DNA of 34,992 nucleotides from assembly GCF_006345805.1 (NCBI RefSeq), contig NW_021829922.1, positions 1 to 34,992 of the forward strand, in the 5' to 3' direction. The notes beneath the pieces are model-generated. The model made no database searches, was not told the origin of the DNA, and saw only the letters and a list, made by a program, of their open reading frames with translations. A program made the translations under genes and the position numbers. Origin of the DNA: Octopus sinensis (lineage: Eukaryota). Position 1 is the stretch's first letter. The number at the start of each line of letters is the position of its first letter. Below are positions 34,827-34,992 of this stretch, in pieces.

Positions 34827-34992
34827 TACGGTATTTGAGAATACCTTACCTTCAAGAATATTTGTCCTTGAATTTATACAGACTTCAAATTTTAGAAGGC
34901 TAGCAACTCTAGGAGGTGGGTAAGTCAATTACTCTTGAATTTAAATTAGAAAAACAGTCTTGTAGGATTTGCAGAAACAGTAGTGCGTCGGA

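Overview
AT-rich, microsatellite-dense eukaryotic DNA. The repeat content points to an octopod (Octopus-like) intronic or intergenic region; this is an inference from repeat families, not a database hit. There is no intact long gene, and nearly all ORF-track entries are translated microsatellites or SINEs. The window is a mosaic of: four recurrent tRNA-type SINE families (CORE-like, Nin/Deu-domain, a microsatellite-bearing family, and an Arg-tRNA-like family with swapped tails); a (TA)n-flanked Neptune-type Penelope fragment with an open GIY-YIG frame; an internally deleted maT (DD37D) transposon; a non-autonomous Helitron; and an RTE-X LINE relic. It also holds a 181-bp SINE-derived tandem array, a ~217-bp palindrome and a ~1.16-kb tandem duplication. 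The most notable signal is a set of sequence-unrelated type I hammerhead ribozyme motifs, four near-intact and several decayed, including a U3:A8 core variant. Most sit in short, microsatellite-targeted inserts, two of them nested at the same internal site of one SINE family. A phase-compatible chain of candidate minus-strand host exons lies at 32.1-34.9 kb.
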